NCBI GenBank assembly: GCA_002104905.1
Contig: MCFE01000117.1
Location: 62,001-126,000, forward strand
Direction of reading: 5' to 3'
Source: Basidiobolus meristosporus CBS 931.73
Taxonomy: Eukaryota; Fungi; Basidiobolomycota
DNA: 64,000 nt
Below the pieces are notes generated by a model that saw only the letters and a list, made by a program, of their open reading frames with translations, did no database searches and was not told the origin of the DNA. Shown here one piece after another: positions 13,517 through 27,518 of this stretch (position 1 is its first letter; each line of letters begins with the position of its first letter). The translations under genes were made by a program, and so were the position numbers.

Positions 13517-16500
13517 TGTTACAAGTCTTGGTATAAGAGTTGTAGAGGAATAGGGAGTTTAGCTAGTATTGTATTCACTAAAACTTGAACTGATTTTCAT
13601 TGAGGTTCCAGCAGCTCCTTATATACTTTTTGCCAGATCAATTGCTGACTAATTGTATCTCCTAATGTAGGTTGAGGCTGACAACTCATTTGATTGCATC
13701 ATCATCACCCAATAAGATCCTACTTAATATATCTATTTCTGTCTGGTAAGGATTTGCTGATTCATTTGCTGACTAATGCTACTGATTTGATAGATAATAC
13801 TGATATACTGATAACCTAAACATATACTAATTGATTTGACTAAAAACTGATCTAACTTAAACATTCAAGCAGCAGATCATAACATTCCCCCCTACTAAAG
13901 TTGAGAGGGTTCTCCTGAATCTCTTTTCTTGCGATACCAATATCTTGATGGTTCAGTATTATCAGCAAGTCTTGCAAGCTTGAGTCTGTCCCTATGCACT
14001 AAGTCTTCCTGGATATTGCCTTGTTCGTCCACCAGTTGGTAAGTTGCAAATGGGCATTCTCTGATGATCTTGAATGGTCCTGTCCATTGTGGCTCAAACT
14101 TCTTCCAAGTGTTGTTTCTTAGCAATACAAAGTTCCCAACTGTCAATGTGTCTGGTGCTATAGTCTTATCAAATCTCCGCTTCATCTTTTCTGCACTTTG
14201 AGATACTTTGGTCTTTGCCTCTTTACGTCTTTGTTCCAGTTGCTGGTGTCTACTTGGCTGACTGAGCTCATCTTCTAAGGTGTCTGTAAGCTTTGGTTGT
14301 GTCAGATCTCCTGGAATCCTTGGTTCACATCCATACACTAAGTAAAATGGTGATTGCTGGGTGGTGTTGTGTACTCTGACTCTGCATGCAAAGAGTGCTT
14401 GGTCTATGTACTCATCCCAACCACTGACAACTCCATTTGAATACTTGGTCAGCATTTTTCCAAATGATCCATTAAACCGCTCAGTAACTCCATTAGTTCT
14501 GGGTGATATGCTGAGGTTTTCAAGTGTCTGATCTGCTGCATTTCCAGGTAAGCCTCTAATGTCTGTGCCATAAAGTTTGCTCCTCTATCAGATAAGATCT
14601 CCACAGGGCATCCAAACATCATCAGGATCTCATGGTAAATGAAACTTGCAACTTCTTGTTCACTGGCTTTTGGTATAGCTTTAGCAACTGGCCATTTAGT
14701 GGCATGGTCAGTTGCTACTAGGATCCAACGGTTGCATTTCCTGGTAGTTGGCAGTCTTCCAATAAAGTCAGTTCCCCATCTTTCAAATGGTCTTACAGGC
14801 TCCAAGGGAAAGAGTTTGGCAATTCTCTGTGATTGGCTTTGGCTGATTTGGCAGTTTGATAAGGCATCAGCAACCGTGTTGTTTTTTCCTGGTCAGTTGA
14901 CAATCTCCAGGTCAACTTGCTGAATGTATTCCCTCCATCTTGTCATTTTCTAGATAGTCCCTTCTGAGTAAATATATACTTGTGGGAGGCATGATCAGTT
15001 TTCACAGTGCATTTGACTCCTTCAATATAGCATCTCCATGTCTTTAAACAGTGTATTATAGCAAGCATCTCCTCCTCATGGACTAGATAGTTTTGTTCTG
15101 CTGAGCTCAGTTTCTTGGATTCAAAGGCAACAGGGTAGCCCTTTCCCTTGTGTTCTTGGCTCAGCCCTCCACCAATTGCATAATCTGAAGCATCTGTGCA
15201 CAGAGTGAACTCTTTTCTGAAGTCTGGTATTCTTAAGCTTGGCAGCTTAGCAAGTTCATTCTTGAGCGTCTAGAAGGCAGTCTCACAAGCTATGTCCCAC
15301 TTGTAGGTATTGTCTTTCTTGAGGATATCAGTTAAAGGGGCTGCAATACTTGCAAACAACTTGTCAAATATCAATAAGAGGAGACCATTCCAAGGAATGA
15401 TCTGAGCTCTGATATGCTTTGGGGCTGCTTCAGATTCTAGATTACTTCCACCTTGTTTGGGTCTAAGGTTACTCCTGTGCTAGTCACTCTGTGTCCCAGA
15501 TATTCAACGTGTTCCTTGAAGAATTTTCACTTGGGTAGCTTGCCATAAAGCTTATTCTCTCTTAGCTTCTTCAAGACCTTTTCAATGTGCACCAAGTGAT
15601 CCTCTTCTGTCTTGCTGTATATCAGTATATCATCTAGGTAGATTATGCCAAACTTGTCTACGTCCTCCAGGAAGACAGTCTGCATCAGGGTCATGAAAGT
15701 TGCAGGGGCATTGATGAGGCCAAAACTCATGACCAAGTACTTGTAATGTCCATATCTGGTCCTGAATGCTGTCCTAGGGATGTCTTCTGGCTTCACCCTA
15801 ATCTGGTTGTATCCTGACATGAGGTCAATCTTGCTGAAAATAGTGGCTCCATTACGTTTGTCCAAAAGCTCATCAATCTAAGGTATGGGGTACTTATTCT
15901 TGACGGTAACTGAGTTCAGTAGACTTGTTCCATCATTCCAGCTGATCATAGTGCCCAATAGTGCCATAGCATGCCAGATGGTGCCTGATCATGCCTCAGA
16001 GTGCCAGATGGTGCCATAGAGTGCCAATTTGGGATCAAAATTGACATGCATATGACCCTAAAATATCAAATTAATAACAAAATATACAGCACTCTCTGGC
16101 ACTATGATCAATGGCACAATGGAACAAGTCTAGTGCTCTGTAGTCAATGCACATCCTAAGTGTTCCATCCTTCTTTTTCACAAAAAGCACTGGTGCTCCC
16201 CAAGGTGACTTGCTGGGTCTGATGTATCCATGCTCTAATAGCTGATCAATTTGTCTATTCATTTCCTCCAATTTCAATGGACTCATTTTGTAAGGTGTCT
16301 TGCTCACTGGAGGGCTATCTCCTGTGTCAATGGCATAATCCACGTCTCTGACTGGTGGTAAGCTTACAAGCTCATCTGGAAACACGTCTGAATATTTCTT
16401 CAAGAGAGTCTGGACCTGCTGGGGTGCTGGGGTGGTGGAATCCTCCTGTAATACTGCCATGAGGAACATTTGGATACCTTCTCTAAGTGCTCTACAGAAC

Positions 16501-18317
16501 TGGGTCTTGCTAAGTTCACTTGTCTCACCCATACTGGAGTTGATCAAGTTAAAATCCTGCCTGGCAGGTGATAGCTCATAGGTCTTGTTGTCTTTTTGGA
16601 TCTGAGTAGCATGGGTTCTCCAGTTGATTGATGGATTACAACAAAATAGCCAGGTTTTTCCAAGTACAAGGTCAAACTAGCAGTTCCCAAATATATAAGC
16701 CTGTAGGTCTTCTTCATAGTCATTGATCTTCATTCTTATTGGCTGAGTAATACGGTTGATTATGTGAGAGTTCCCATCAGCTGTTGAGACTAAAGTTGAT
16801 TTGGTAGGTTCTGAGTTGATTCCAGCATTCAGAGCAGATTGCTCTGACATGTACTCATGCAATGCTCCTGAGTCAATCATGATCTTGGCAGGTACTCCAT
16901 TGATTACTCCATTCAAGTATAATAGCTTTCCTGAGTTTGAGGTCATCTAGGATAGGTATTCTTCTGTCATATGGAAGGTGAGTTCTGAGTCTTCTTCAAG
17001 TTGATCCTCCATGTTACTATGCTCCATGGCCTCAATACGGTTAAAGATTCTTGATGGCTGGTGTCCATTTCTTCTCTGAGGGCAGTGCTTTGCAATATGT
17101 CCTTGCTGGTGGCAATTGACGCAAAGTCCTTTCTTCTTACATTCTTCTGAGGTAGGATTCTTCTGCAGAGCATCTATTTCCATTGGTACTGCTTCTGACT
17201 GTCTTCTTTCATAATGATTGTAACCTTTCTGATTAGTCACTGTAGGCTTCCCAACTCCAAACATAGCTGAGTCATAGTTAATGGCAATCTTGATGTCTTC
17301 TTCAATAGTCTGAGGTCTTTGATAATTCACTTCCTTGCAAGTTCTTTGTTTCAGCCCATCAATAAAGTATTCAACTTGATCCAGGGGGTCCATTCTTTTA
17401 ATTTGTCCAAGTAGACCTCTGTACTCATAAATCTATTCTTGAACCATTCCTTTCTGTCTGAGTGTCTTTAACTTCCTTCTTAGTAGTGTCTGCTGGTGTG
17501 GAGGTTCAAAAGCATCCTGAATTTCCAACACAAAGTCATCCCTGGTAGAGATTGTAGAGCATCCCATCACAGTGGCTGACCTGATCTTGTTGTGGTACCA
17601 CTGTAAAGCTGCATCTGCCAGGTAAGAAGCTGCATAATGCAACTTGCTTTCTGGAGCAAATCCTTTAGCTTTAAAAGCTTCTTCAATCTGAAAGAGCCAA
17701 GTTCCCATGTTTTCATTGACTGTGCCATGGTACCGGTTGACCTTCACACTAAAGTGGCTCTTAACAGGGCATTGCTGGTTCTGAGCCATGGTAGTCATTC
17801 CTTGTTGCTGTTGGCTGAGGCTCTGGAGTAACTGTTGCTGTTGGGCCAGGATTTGCTGCATGGAATTCTTCCATTGTTGATTGTCCAACATCTTGAGGGT
17901 GGTTTCTTCTTTCTTCAGGAGGGAGGTTTCTGATTATTGCTGCTACCAATGTTACAAGTTTTGGTATAAGAGTTGTAGAAGAATAGGGAGTTTAGCTAGT
18001 ATTGTATTCACTAAAACTTGATCTGATTTTCATTGAGGTTCCAGCAGCTCCTTATATACATTTTGCCAGATCACTTGCTGACTAATTATATTTCCTAATG
18101 TAGTTTGTGGCTGAGAACTCATTTGATTGCATCATCATCACCCATTAAGATCCTACTTAATATATCTATTTCTGTCTGATAAGGATCTACTGATTCATTT
18201 GCTGACTAATGCTACTGATTTGATAGATAATACTGATATACTGATAACCTAAACATATACTAATTGATTTGACTAAAAACTGATCTAACTTAAACATTCA
18301 AGCAGCAGATCATAACA
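13517..18317 (-). mobile_element. Family 1 copy C (minus strand) nested in the 3' LTR of D
   Basis: LTRs 13517-13884 and 17950-18317; perfect TSD CTAA (13513-13516 and 18318-18321); gag-pol ORF fragments; RNaseH-integrase deletion near 14857. Confidence 0.95.
15921..16131. mobile_element. 211-bp MITE inserted in the RT of copy C
   Basis: Perfect 13-bp TIR AGACTTGTTCCAT/ATGGAACAAGTCT; 3-bp TSD AGT; empty site TTCAGTGCTC seen in copy B. Confidence 0.92.
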
Positions 18318-21300
18318 CTAATACACTGAGAGGCTAAGATTATAACTAATTGATTTGACTAAGAACTAATCTTGGTAAAACATTCAAGCAGTAGATAATA
18401 ATATTCTCCCCTACTAAAGTTGAGAGGGTTCTCCTGAATCTCTTTTCTTGTGATACCAATATCTTGATTGTTCAGTATTCTCAGCAAGTCTTGCAAGTTT
18501 GAGTCTGTCTCTATGGACTAAATCTTCCCAGATATTTCATTGTTTGCCCTCTAGCTGGTAAGTTGCAAATGGAAATTCTCTGATGAACTTAAAAAGTCCT
18601 GTCCATTGTGGCTCAAACTAACTTCAAGTATTGTTTCTCAGCAGTACAAGGTTCCCAACTGTCAATGACTCTGGTGATATAGTCTTCTCAAATCCCCGCT
18701 TCATCTTTTCTGCACTTTGAGACAATTTGGCTTGTGCCTCCTGACATCTTTTTTCCTGCAGCCAGTGTCTACCTGGCTGACTGAGCTCATCTTCTAAGGT
18801 GTCTGTAAGCTTTGGTTGTGTGAGATCTCCTGGAATCCTTGGTTTGCATCCATACACTAAGTAAAATGGCAATTGTTGGGTGGTATTGTGTACTCTGATT
18901 ATACATGCAAAAAGTGCTTGGTCTATATACTCATCCTATCTATTTACAGCTCCATTTGCATAATTGGTCAGCATTTTTGCAAATAATCCATTAATCAACT
19001 CAGTGACTCCATTAGCTCTAGGGTGATATGCCAAGGTTCTCAGGTGTCTGATGTGCTGCATATCCAGGTTGGATTTGAATGTCTTTGCCATTAAGCTTGC
19101 TTCTCTTTTGGATTGATTCTCTACAGGGCATCAAAACTTCATAAGGATCTCATGATAGATGAAACTTGCAACTTCTTGTTCATTGGCTACTGGTACTGCC
19201 TTAGCCACTGGCCATTCAGTGGCATGGTCAATTGCTACTAGGATACAGCAGTGGCATTTCCTGGTGGTTGGTGGTCTTCCAACAATGTCAATTCCCCCCC
19301 ATTCAGGTGGTCTTACAGGCTCCAAGGCAAAGAGTTCAGCAATTCTCTGTGGTTGGCCTTGGTTGATTTGGTAATTGGGGCATATTTTCACTAGCTTCTC
19401 AATGTCTTATTTCATTCTAGGCCATCATACTCTGGCTTTCACCAGGCTATAGGTTCCTTCAATTCCAACATGTCCATATCCATTATGTAGCTTATGAGAT
19501 AAATCAAGGCAAGCAACATTAGGGCAATAGGCAATAGGGCTTCCATCCATAATTTGGTGGAGTCCTTCATCCTGTACCATGTATTTGCTGGCTTCATCCT
19601 GGATTATCTTCCTAATCACTTCTCCATTCTATTAGGAATGGCTTGGTCCTCTCAGTACTTTAGTATTTGGATAGGCCAATCTGATTCATGCACCAAGTTG
19701 AGTAGTGCAACTTGTTCTAATCTTGATAAGGCATCAGCAACCATGTTGTTTTTCCAGGGCAGTAGGCAGTCTTTAAGTTAAATTGCTGAATGCATTTACT
19801 CCATCTTGTCATTCTACTAGAGAGTACCTTCTGAGTTAATTTATACTTGAGCAAGGCATGATCAGTCTTCATGGAGCATTTGACTCCTTCAATATAGCAT
19901 CTCCATGTTTTCATGCAGTGTATTATAGCAAGCATCTCTTTCTCATGCACTGGATAGCTTTGTTCTGCAGAGTTCAGTTTCTTGTATTCAAAGGCAGCTG
20001 GGTAGTCCTTTCACCTGTGTTCTTTGCTCAAAAGTCCACCAATTGCATAATCTAAAGCACCTATGCACATAATAAGCTCTTTTCTGAAGTCAGGTATTCT
20101 AAAGCTTGGCAGCTTGGCAGCTTGGCAAGTTCATTCTTGAGCATCTGGAAGGCAGTCTCACAAGCTATGTCCCACTTTTAGGTATTGTCTTTCTTGAGGA
20201 CATCAGTTAAAGGGGCTGCAGTACTTGCCAAAGACTTGAAAAATCTGCAATAATACAAAACCATTCCAAGATGATCTGAGCTCTGATATGCTATGGGGCT
20301 GCTACAGATTCTTGATAACTTCAACCTTCTTAGGGTCTAAGGTCACTCCTGGAAGACAGTCTGTATCAGGGTCTTGAATGTTGCAGGGGCATTGGTGAGG
20401 TCAAAAGTCATGAGTAGGTACCTGTAAGTTCCATATCTGGTCCTGAATGCTGACCTAGGGATGTCTTCTGGCTTTACCCTAATCTGTTTGTATCCCAACC
20501 TGAGGTCAATCTTGCTGAAAATAGTGGCTCCAGTGAGTTGGTCCAAAAGCTCATCAATACAAGGTATGGCGTACTTATTCTTCATGGTAACTGAGCTGAG
20601 GGCTCTGTAGTCAATTGACATCCTACATGTTCCATCCATCTTCACAAAAAGTACTGGTGCTCCCCAAGGCAACTTGCTAGGTCTGGAATATCCTTGCTCC
20701 AATAACTGATCTATTTGTCTCTTCATCTCTTCAAACTCCAATGGACTCAATCTGCAAGGAGTCTTACTCACTGCAGGGCTATCTCCTGTGACAATGTCAT
20801 GATCCACATCTTTGACTGGTGGTAGGCTTATATGCTCATCTGGAAATATGTCTGAATATTCCGTCAAAAGAGTCTGGACTTTCTGGGGTACTGGAGTAGA
20901 GGAATCCTTCTGTAATACTGCTATGAGGAACATCTGGGTGCCTTTTCTAAGTGCTCTGCCAAACTGTGTCTTGCTAAGCTCAGTTGCTTCACACACACTG
21001 TAATTGATCAAGTTGAAATCCAGTATGGCATGTAATAACTCATAGGCCTTGTTGGCCTTCTGGATCTGAGTGGCATGGGTTCTCCAGTTGTTTGATGGAT
21101 CATAACAAAATAGCCAGGTTTTTCTAAGTACAAGCTCAAACTTGCAGTTCCCAAATATATAGGCCTGTAGGTGTTCTTAATAATCATTGATCCTCATCTT
21201 TACTGGCTGAGTAATACGGTTGATTATGTTTGAGTTCCCATCAGTTATTGAAACTGAGGTTTGTTTGGTGGGTTCCAAGTTGATTCCAGCTTTCAAAGCA

Positions 21301-22775
21301 AATTTCGCTAACATGTACTCATGTAATGCTCCTAAGACAATCATGATCTTGGCAGGTACTCCATTGATTACTCCATTCCAATATAATAGCTTTCCTGAGT
21401 TTGAGGTCATCTGGGATAGGTATTCTTCTGTCATATGGAAGGTGAGTTCTGAGTCTTCTTCAAGATCATCCTCCATGTTACTTTGCTCAAGCGCTTCAAT
21501 ATGATAAAGGTTCTTGATGGCTGGTGTCCATTTCTTTTCTGAGGGCAGCACTTTGTAATATATTCCTGCTGGTGGCAACTGAAGCAAAGTCTGTTCTTCT
21601 TACATTCTTCTGAGTTTGGATTCTTCTGCATAGCATATATTTCCATTGGCACTGCTCAGATTGTCTTCATTTATATTGATTGTAGCCTCACTGATTGGTC
21701 ATTGTTGGCTTCCCAACCACAAACATAGCTGATTTGAAGTCAATGGCAATTGTGATGGCTACTTCAATAGTCAGGGGTCTTCAATAATTCACTTCCTTGC
21801 CAGTTCTTTCTTTCAACCAAACAATAAAGTATTCTTCTTGATCCTGGGGGTCCATTCTTTCAATTTGCTCAAATAGACATCTATTTTCATAGGTTAACTT
21901 CTGAACCATTCATCTCTGTCTGAGTGTCTTCAACGTTCTTCTTAGTAGTGTCTGCTGGTATGCAGGCTCAAAGGCATTCTGAATTTCAAACATAAACTCA
22001 TCCCAAGTAGAGATTGTAGAGCATCCCATCATGGTGGCTGACCAGATCTTGTAGTACCACTGTAAAGCTGCATCTGCCAGGTAAGAGGCTGCATAACGTA
22101 ACTTGCTTTCTGGAGCAATTCCCTTAGCCTTAAAGCTTCTTCAATCTGGAAAACCACAGTATCCAGATTTTCATTGTCTCTACCATGGTACCAGTTGAGC
22201 TTCACACTAAAGTTGCTCTTGACAGCACTTGACTGGCTTTGGGCCATGGTGGTCATTCCTTGTTGCTACTGGCTAAGGATCTAGAGTAACTGTCACTGTT
22301 GGACCAGGATTTGCTGCATAGCATTTTTCTATTCTTGATTTTGGACATTTTGTGAGAGGCTTCTTCTTTCTTTAGGAGGGAGGTGTTTGGTTATTGCTGC
22401 TGCCAATGCTACAAGTCTTGGTATAAGACTTGTAGAGGAACAGGGAGTTTAGTTAGTATTGTGTTCACCAATACTTCAACTGGCTTTCATTGAGGTTCCA
22501 GCAGTTCCTTATGTACATGTTGCCAGATCAATTGCTGACTATTTGTATTTGCTAATGTAGGTTGTGGATGATGACTCATTTGAATGCATCATCATCACCC
22601 AATAAGATCCTACTAAATATATATATTCCTGTCTAATAAGAATATGCTGATTCATCTGCTGACTAATGCTACTGATTTGATAGATAACACCGATATACTC
22701 ATAGGCTAAACATATAACTGGTTGATTTGACTAATAACTGATCTAACTTAAACATTCAAGCAGCTGATAATAACA

Positions 22776-24440
22776 CCTCATCTGAAACAGGCTATGCAAA
22801 ACCCCATATGCCACAGTGTGGCTACATGCCATGTAGGGGGAGCACCAATTGCTGATGAAGGCAAAAGTGTTGGAGCTAGTGGATTTACCAATTGGGAGAA
22901 AGCCAATAAGGTGTTAATTGGTATGGAAGATCAAGATAACTTCAAGTGGTACTGTTGATATTACAAAGCTGCATGGATGGCTAAAATATATTCTCAGAAC
23001 TAGGCACTAGACTTTAGGGAAGAGTCTGTTCCTGCAGCCATATCTCACTATTTTAGGAGAGTTTTAACCTTTTGAAGCTGTACAGCATCTAGATTCACAC
23101 CAAATTGATTTCAAAGCAGCCTTGCTAAATTGGTATATGACCTAATAGTATCTACAGGTGGCCATGAAGCACTTAAACAGACATATTCAGACCTTGCCAG
23201 CATGTTTGAGTTGATAGATCTTGGGAATTTTGCTATTTACATGAGATTGAGGTCAAATCTGACATATCTACAATAATCCGCTGAAATACATCAGGGACAC
23301 TCCTAGATGCTTCAAGATTGAAAATTGCAAGTCTGAAGCAGCTGCTATGCACAAAAGTCTAGAATTGAGCTAATCTCAGCCAATGTAGGGTAAAAACAGG
23401 TCAGATAGGGATCATAGTATCCACTATCAATCAATTATTGGTGGCCTGATGGTCTTGAAGGTATCTTCATGTTCAAATATTAGAGTGGCAGTGGGAATAG
23501 CTTTTTGATCCATGCAAAATCTTGGATCTGATTGTTTTTCAGCAGTTAAATTAATCCTGAGATATCTGCAAGATGCTATAAGAGTAGTCCTGGACAACTT
23601 TGAAGGAGCTAATTGGACAAAACTCAATGACTCTGGCAGGGTAGGGATCTAATTAAAAGATGTTCTACCACTGGGTATGTACTACTATATTCAGGTATGT
23701 TGATATATTCCAAGGTGTATTGGAGGTGATGTGGAGGACTAGAGGATTATGTGCTATTTACTTGTAGATATATTGATCAAAAGTGTGGTATTTAAGCTTT
23801 TGATATAATAGAGCATACAAACATGTAGAGTTTGTTAAGGAGGTCCCAAGAGTATGAGTGCCAAGGTTGGGGGCTTTTAGACAGCTTTGAGAAAGATCAT
23901 AACTGGAGTACCTGATGATTTGGTGCAAATATTCCAAGTAATCCCTACAAGAAAATTGGACAGGACCAATTGCTAATCATTGAATAAAATCTATGTGACT
24001 AAGTTAACATGAATAATTAGGTGACAACTTATCAACTATAACATGATTCAGCTATTACTTGAATTGCCAGAAACAACCAACTGTGGCTCTATCCTCAATT
24101 AAGGCAGAAAATATAGCTGCCTTTTAGTCAACTAAGGGACTAGTCACATTCAAAAATTACACAAAGACTTAGGTTTCAACTCAGATGAGCCAACTTGCAT
24201 TTACAAGGATAATCAAAGCTATATTTGATTAGTGTGAAGTCCTACTAATTGAGCCAGAGCTAAGCACATGGACATAAAGGTTTACTTTGTAAGGGAAGCT
24301 ATTGAAAACATCTTAGCAGAATTAATTTACTGCCCAGCTGTCAGAATGGTGGCAGATATTGTGATAAGTCACTATCTAGGCTATAGTTAGAGAATATCAA
24401 AGCAATATTGCAATTAAGTAATTACTTGGTTAGGTAGGAG
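22776..24440 (+). mobile_element. Ty1/Copia relic 1, RT and RNase H part
   Basis: ELVDLPIGRKPI, YKA.WMAK and RAKHMDIKVYFVRE..MVADI motifs; continues the integrase that stops at 13229. Confidence 0.85.
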
Positions 24441-24760
24441 TGCAAATATGCTGAACTATTTGCTATTTTAGAGCAGCTGAAAATTTAATCAATAGATCAG
24501 GACTAGTCTTAGTCACTGTAGAGAATTTTTACAATGTTAACCTTGCCACTATTGCTCAGACCTATGAACCAATGACTACTCCCTTATAGTCAAGATGAGA
24601 TTGGCACTTTTACAAAACAATAGGTATTAACTCTGAAATTGTTACAAAATGCGCCTTGCTACTCAGAAACTCTCCTAACTCAGAGTCACAGTTATAAAAC
24701 CTCTACAAAGGTATATATACTGAGCTCCTCTATGCATGAGCAACAGCAAAATTGTCAACA
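24441..24760 (+). repeat. Putative 3' LTR of Copia relic 1
   Basis: Follows PPT-like GGTAGGAG; starts TGCAAA, contains TATATATA, ends TCAACA; no partner LTR in the window. Confidence 0.5.
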
Positions 24761-27518
24761 CTATTTCTTGATATGATTATTATATCTAAAATATTTGTTA
24801 AATTGCATAAGATTATCTTTGAAAGTACAAGTTGGCTCATCTGAATTAAGACCTAAGCCTTTGAATAATTGTTGCAACCATGTGCTGTTGTAGTTGCTTA
24901 GCAGGAAGTCATATACACCACCTCAGTTGTGGAGAGAGCCACAGCTGATTATTTCTTATAATTCCAGAAAACAGATGCACCAGCATATGGAAATACATAC
25001 TCAGTGGTAAAGCATCTGTCAATTAGATCTCTACCCCACCCTAAATAACTATAGCCACAATAACTTTGCCCTATTAGCTGCTCTATAGTATTCCTGAGCT
25101 ACATTGATGGAACAATGCAAATATCTGCAAGTCTTCATAACTGCTGCAATTGGATCAGATCCATAACTCTGCATGAATCAACAAGCTATACCCACTGAAA
25201 CTGCAGTATCTGAATGTGTAAATACTCTCAGGTACATCAGGCTATCAACCATTAATTGGTATAGTAAGATTTGGTGAGCATTTTAGCAGTTTTGGCCCAG
25301 AACTGACTGGAATTTGCTTAACTTTGTTTGTTATCCATGGTGGCTTCTGCAAGCTTGTAATTTTTCATTTTGAAGCATCTAAGAATGTCACCATTATAAT
25401 TGCACCAATTCAGCACAACTTTGTTTGTAGACATGCCAGATTTTACCTTGGTTCCTATAAAGTTGCTTAAGTTATCAACAGCTTTCATCTCCAATTTGCT
25501 GAAAAGGTCATATTTTAACCGTTTAGGTGCCCCCAGGCTGCTTGAAGCCATAGCATCTTGAGTATGAAATACTGAAATAATTACACTCATTTTAAGCTGT
25601 TTTACAAATAAACTGTAATCTGCAGTGCTACAAATGATCTCAATCTCTACTAAATATTAGTCCATTTTCTATACCATGCTCTTGGTGCTTGCCTAAGCAC
25701 ATGCAACAATCTCCTAAGTCAGCATTCCCTATTGGTACACTTGGGATAAGTACTGTTTGGATATTTCAATAATAGCGCTTCTGCCCAAGCTCCATTTACA
25801 GAGGCTGCTTTGAAGTACATTTAGTGTACTGTGTACAGCTGCCAGGGCTAGAAATGTCCTTATGGAGTTAAATTTGGCTACTTGAATAAAACTTCCTTGA
25901 AGTTTAGTCCCTTGATTTGGGAATAGCCCTCAGGGACCAATCTAGCTCTTAATGATTGACAATACTATTGAGGTAATCCTGATCTAGTAGACTCATTTAC
26001 ACACCATTGGCTTTCTCTCATTTGGTAAATCAACCAGCTCCCACACTTTTGCCTTAATCAGTGTACAGTACTCTTCCTGCATTATCTCTTGCCACAGAGG
26101 GGCATCTGGATCTTGCATTGCCTGTTCTGCATTATGGGGTTTAGCACATGTAGCTTAATAAGACTCTTTGTGGTCACTACACTCTCACTGCTCCAGAGCA
26201 GCTTCTTAATTTTGCCATCATATGCTTAATACCCTTTAGTGTATACACAATGCTCAATAATAGTACCTGCTCTACTTTTTACTCAAACTTTGAGCATTGT
26301 CTGTTAGGGATATGATAAAATAGCACTTTCAAATATTCTTAAGTGCTTTGGGTCATTTATTGTATGTATATGCTACAAAGGGTGAAGAATCATAGAGTGC
26401 TGTTACTGGGTATCCATTCTTGATGTTTACTCTGGAAGCAACAGAATCAGCCCAGAACCTGCAATGCTTTCCATTAGCAGGTATAATACAGCTTCCCATC
26501 TCTACTATTGTCCTCTTTCCAGGTTTGACTTCCTTATCTTGCAGTGGAATTTAGGGGACAGTGACCTGATTAAGTATACCAGTATTTGCACAGTATTTTT
26601 CAAACTCCTGAGAAGAGTGTTCTCCTCCATTGGCAGTGAGGGACCTTTTGATTCCACCTGGTTTGTGTTTTTTCCATTCTCTTGAGGTGCTTAACCATCT
26701 CTAAAGCCGTACAGCAATGTACATATTGTTGTGCCATCAATAATCATCATAAAATTGCTCTTGAATCCAAAGGATACTGCTCTCATGGGTCTACATATAT
26801 TTAAGTGCACAATTGTTAGTACTTTGGTGGCAATAATGCTTCCACATCTCCTGCAAATTAGTCAAGCTGGCTTATTGTATAAGCACCGCTGATAGACACA
26901 TATCTTGAATGGCATTGGACAATTAAGTCCCAGCACAAGTGATTTTTATCATTTAGCTTATTTTCTGGTTCCTGGTGTGCCTTATCCTCTTAGGACATGT
27001 CTCCCAGTCATTTCCATCCATTTCAGCAATGTTTATACACTCAGGTACAATGATTGTGCATTGGAACTTGCATATATTATAACATCTGATTCCCAAAGCT
27101 AATTTTTGTCCATTTCCAGTTTACTGACCAGCTTGGCTTAGTGAAAGCAAATATCAGTCCCAGAGTGGTTGCCTAACTCATTGAAGGTAGGCTCTTATCT
27201 ATTGCAGGAATAAAGAGTATATTGGTCAGCTTTATTTTCTTTACCCCAGGTTTATCACTCATATATTGCTGTACAGACCCTTTGTCTATAGCTTTCAGTG
27301 CAGGATTGTCTCCCAGTTAAACCTTTCTTACAGAAATGCTCTTTAAAGCTGCTGAGCCACTCCTTTGTACTGCATATGTGCTGTGATGCTCCTGCAAAAA
27401 TACTTTGTTCAACACTGAAGCTTACTGCACTCTCTATTACTGTTACAATTGCAATTTAAGAAGTGATTTGGATATAGTAAGCTTATCAGAAATAGTGATA
27501 ATAGTTGAGCTGCTGTTA
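24761..27518 (-). mobile_element. Ty1/Copia relic 2 (protease-integrase-RT-RNaseH, no LTRs retained)
   Basis: Minus-strand translation: AGASQHICSTKEW..LGD (protease), EMKAVDNLSNFIG (RT), SAVALSTTEVVY (RNase H). Confidence 0.82.

Larger units (their letters stand above)
13230..22775 (-). mobile_element. Family 1 copy D (minus strand) inserted in Copia relic 1; its 3' LTR is split by copy C
   Basis: 5' LTR 22407-22775; 3' LTR halves 13230-13516 and 18322-18403 then PPT; degenerate gag-pol 18410-22300; flanks share CCT. Confidence 0.9.

Noticed and set aside
15951-16030. CRISPR-like array
   Set aside because: 10-bp period without unique spacers, inside a TIR element in a eukaryote
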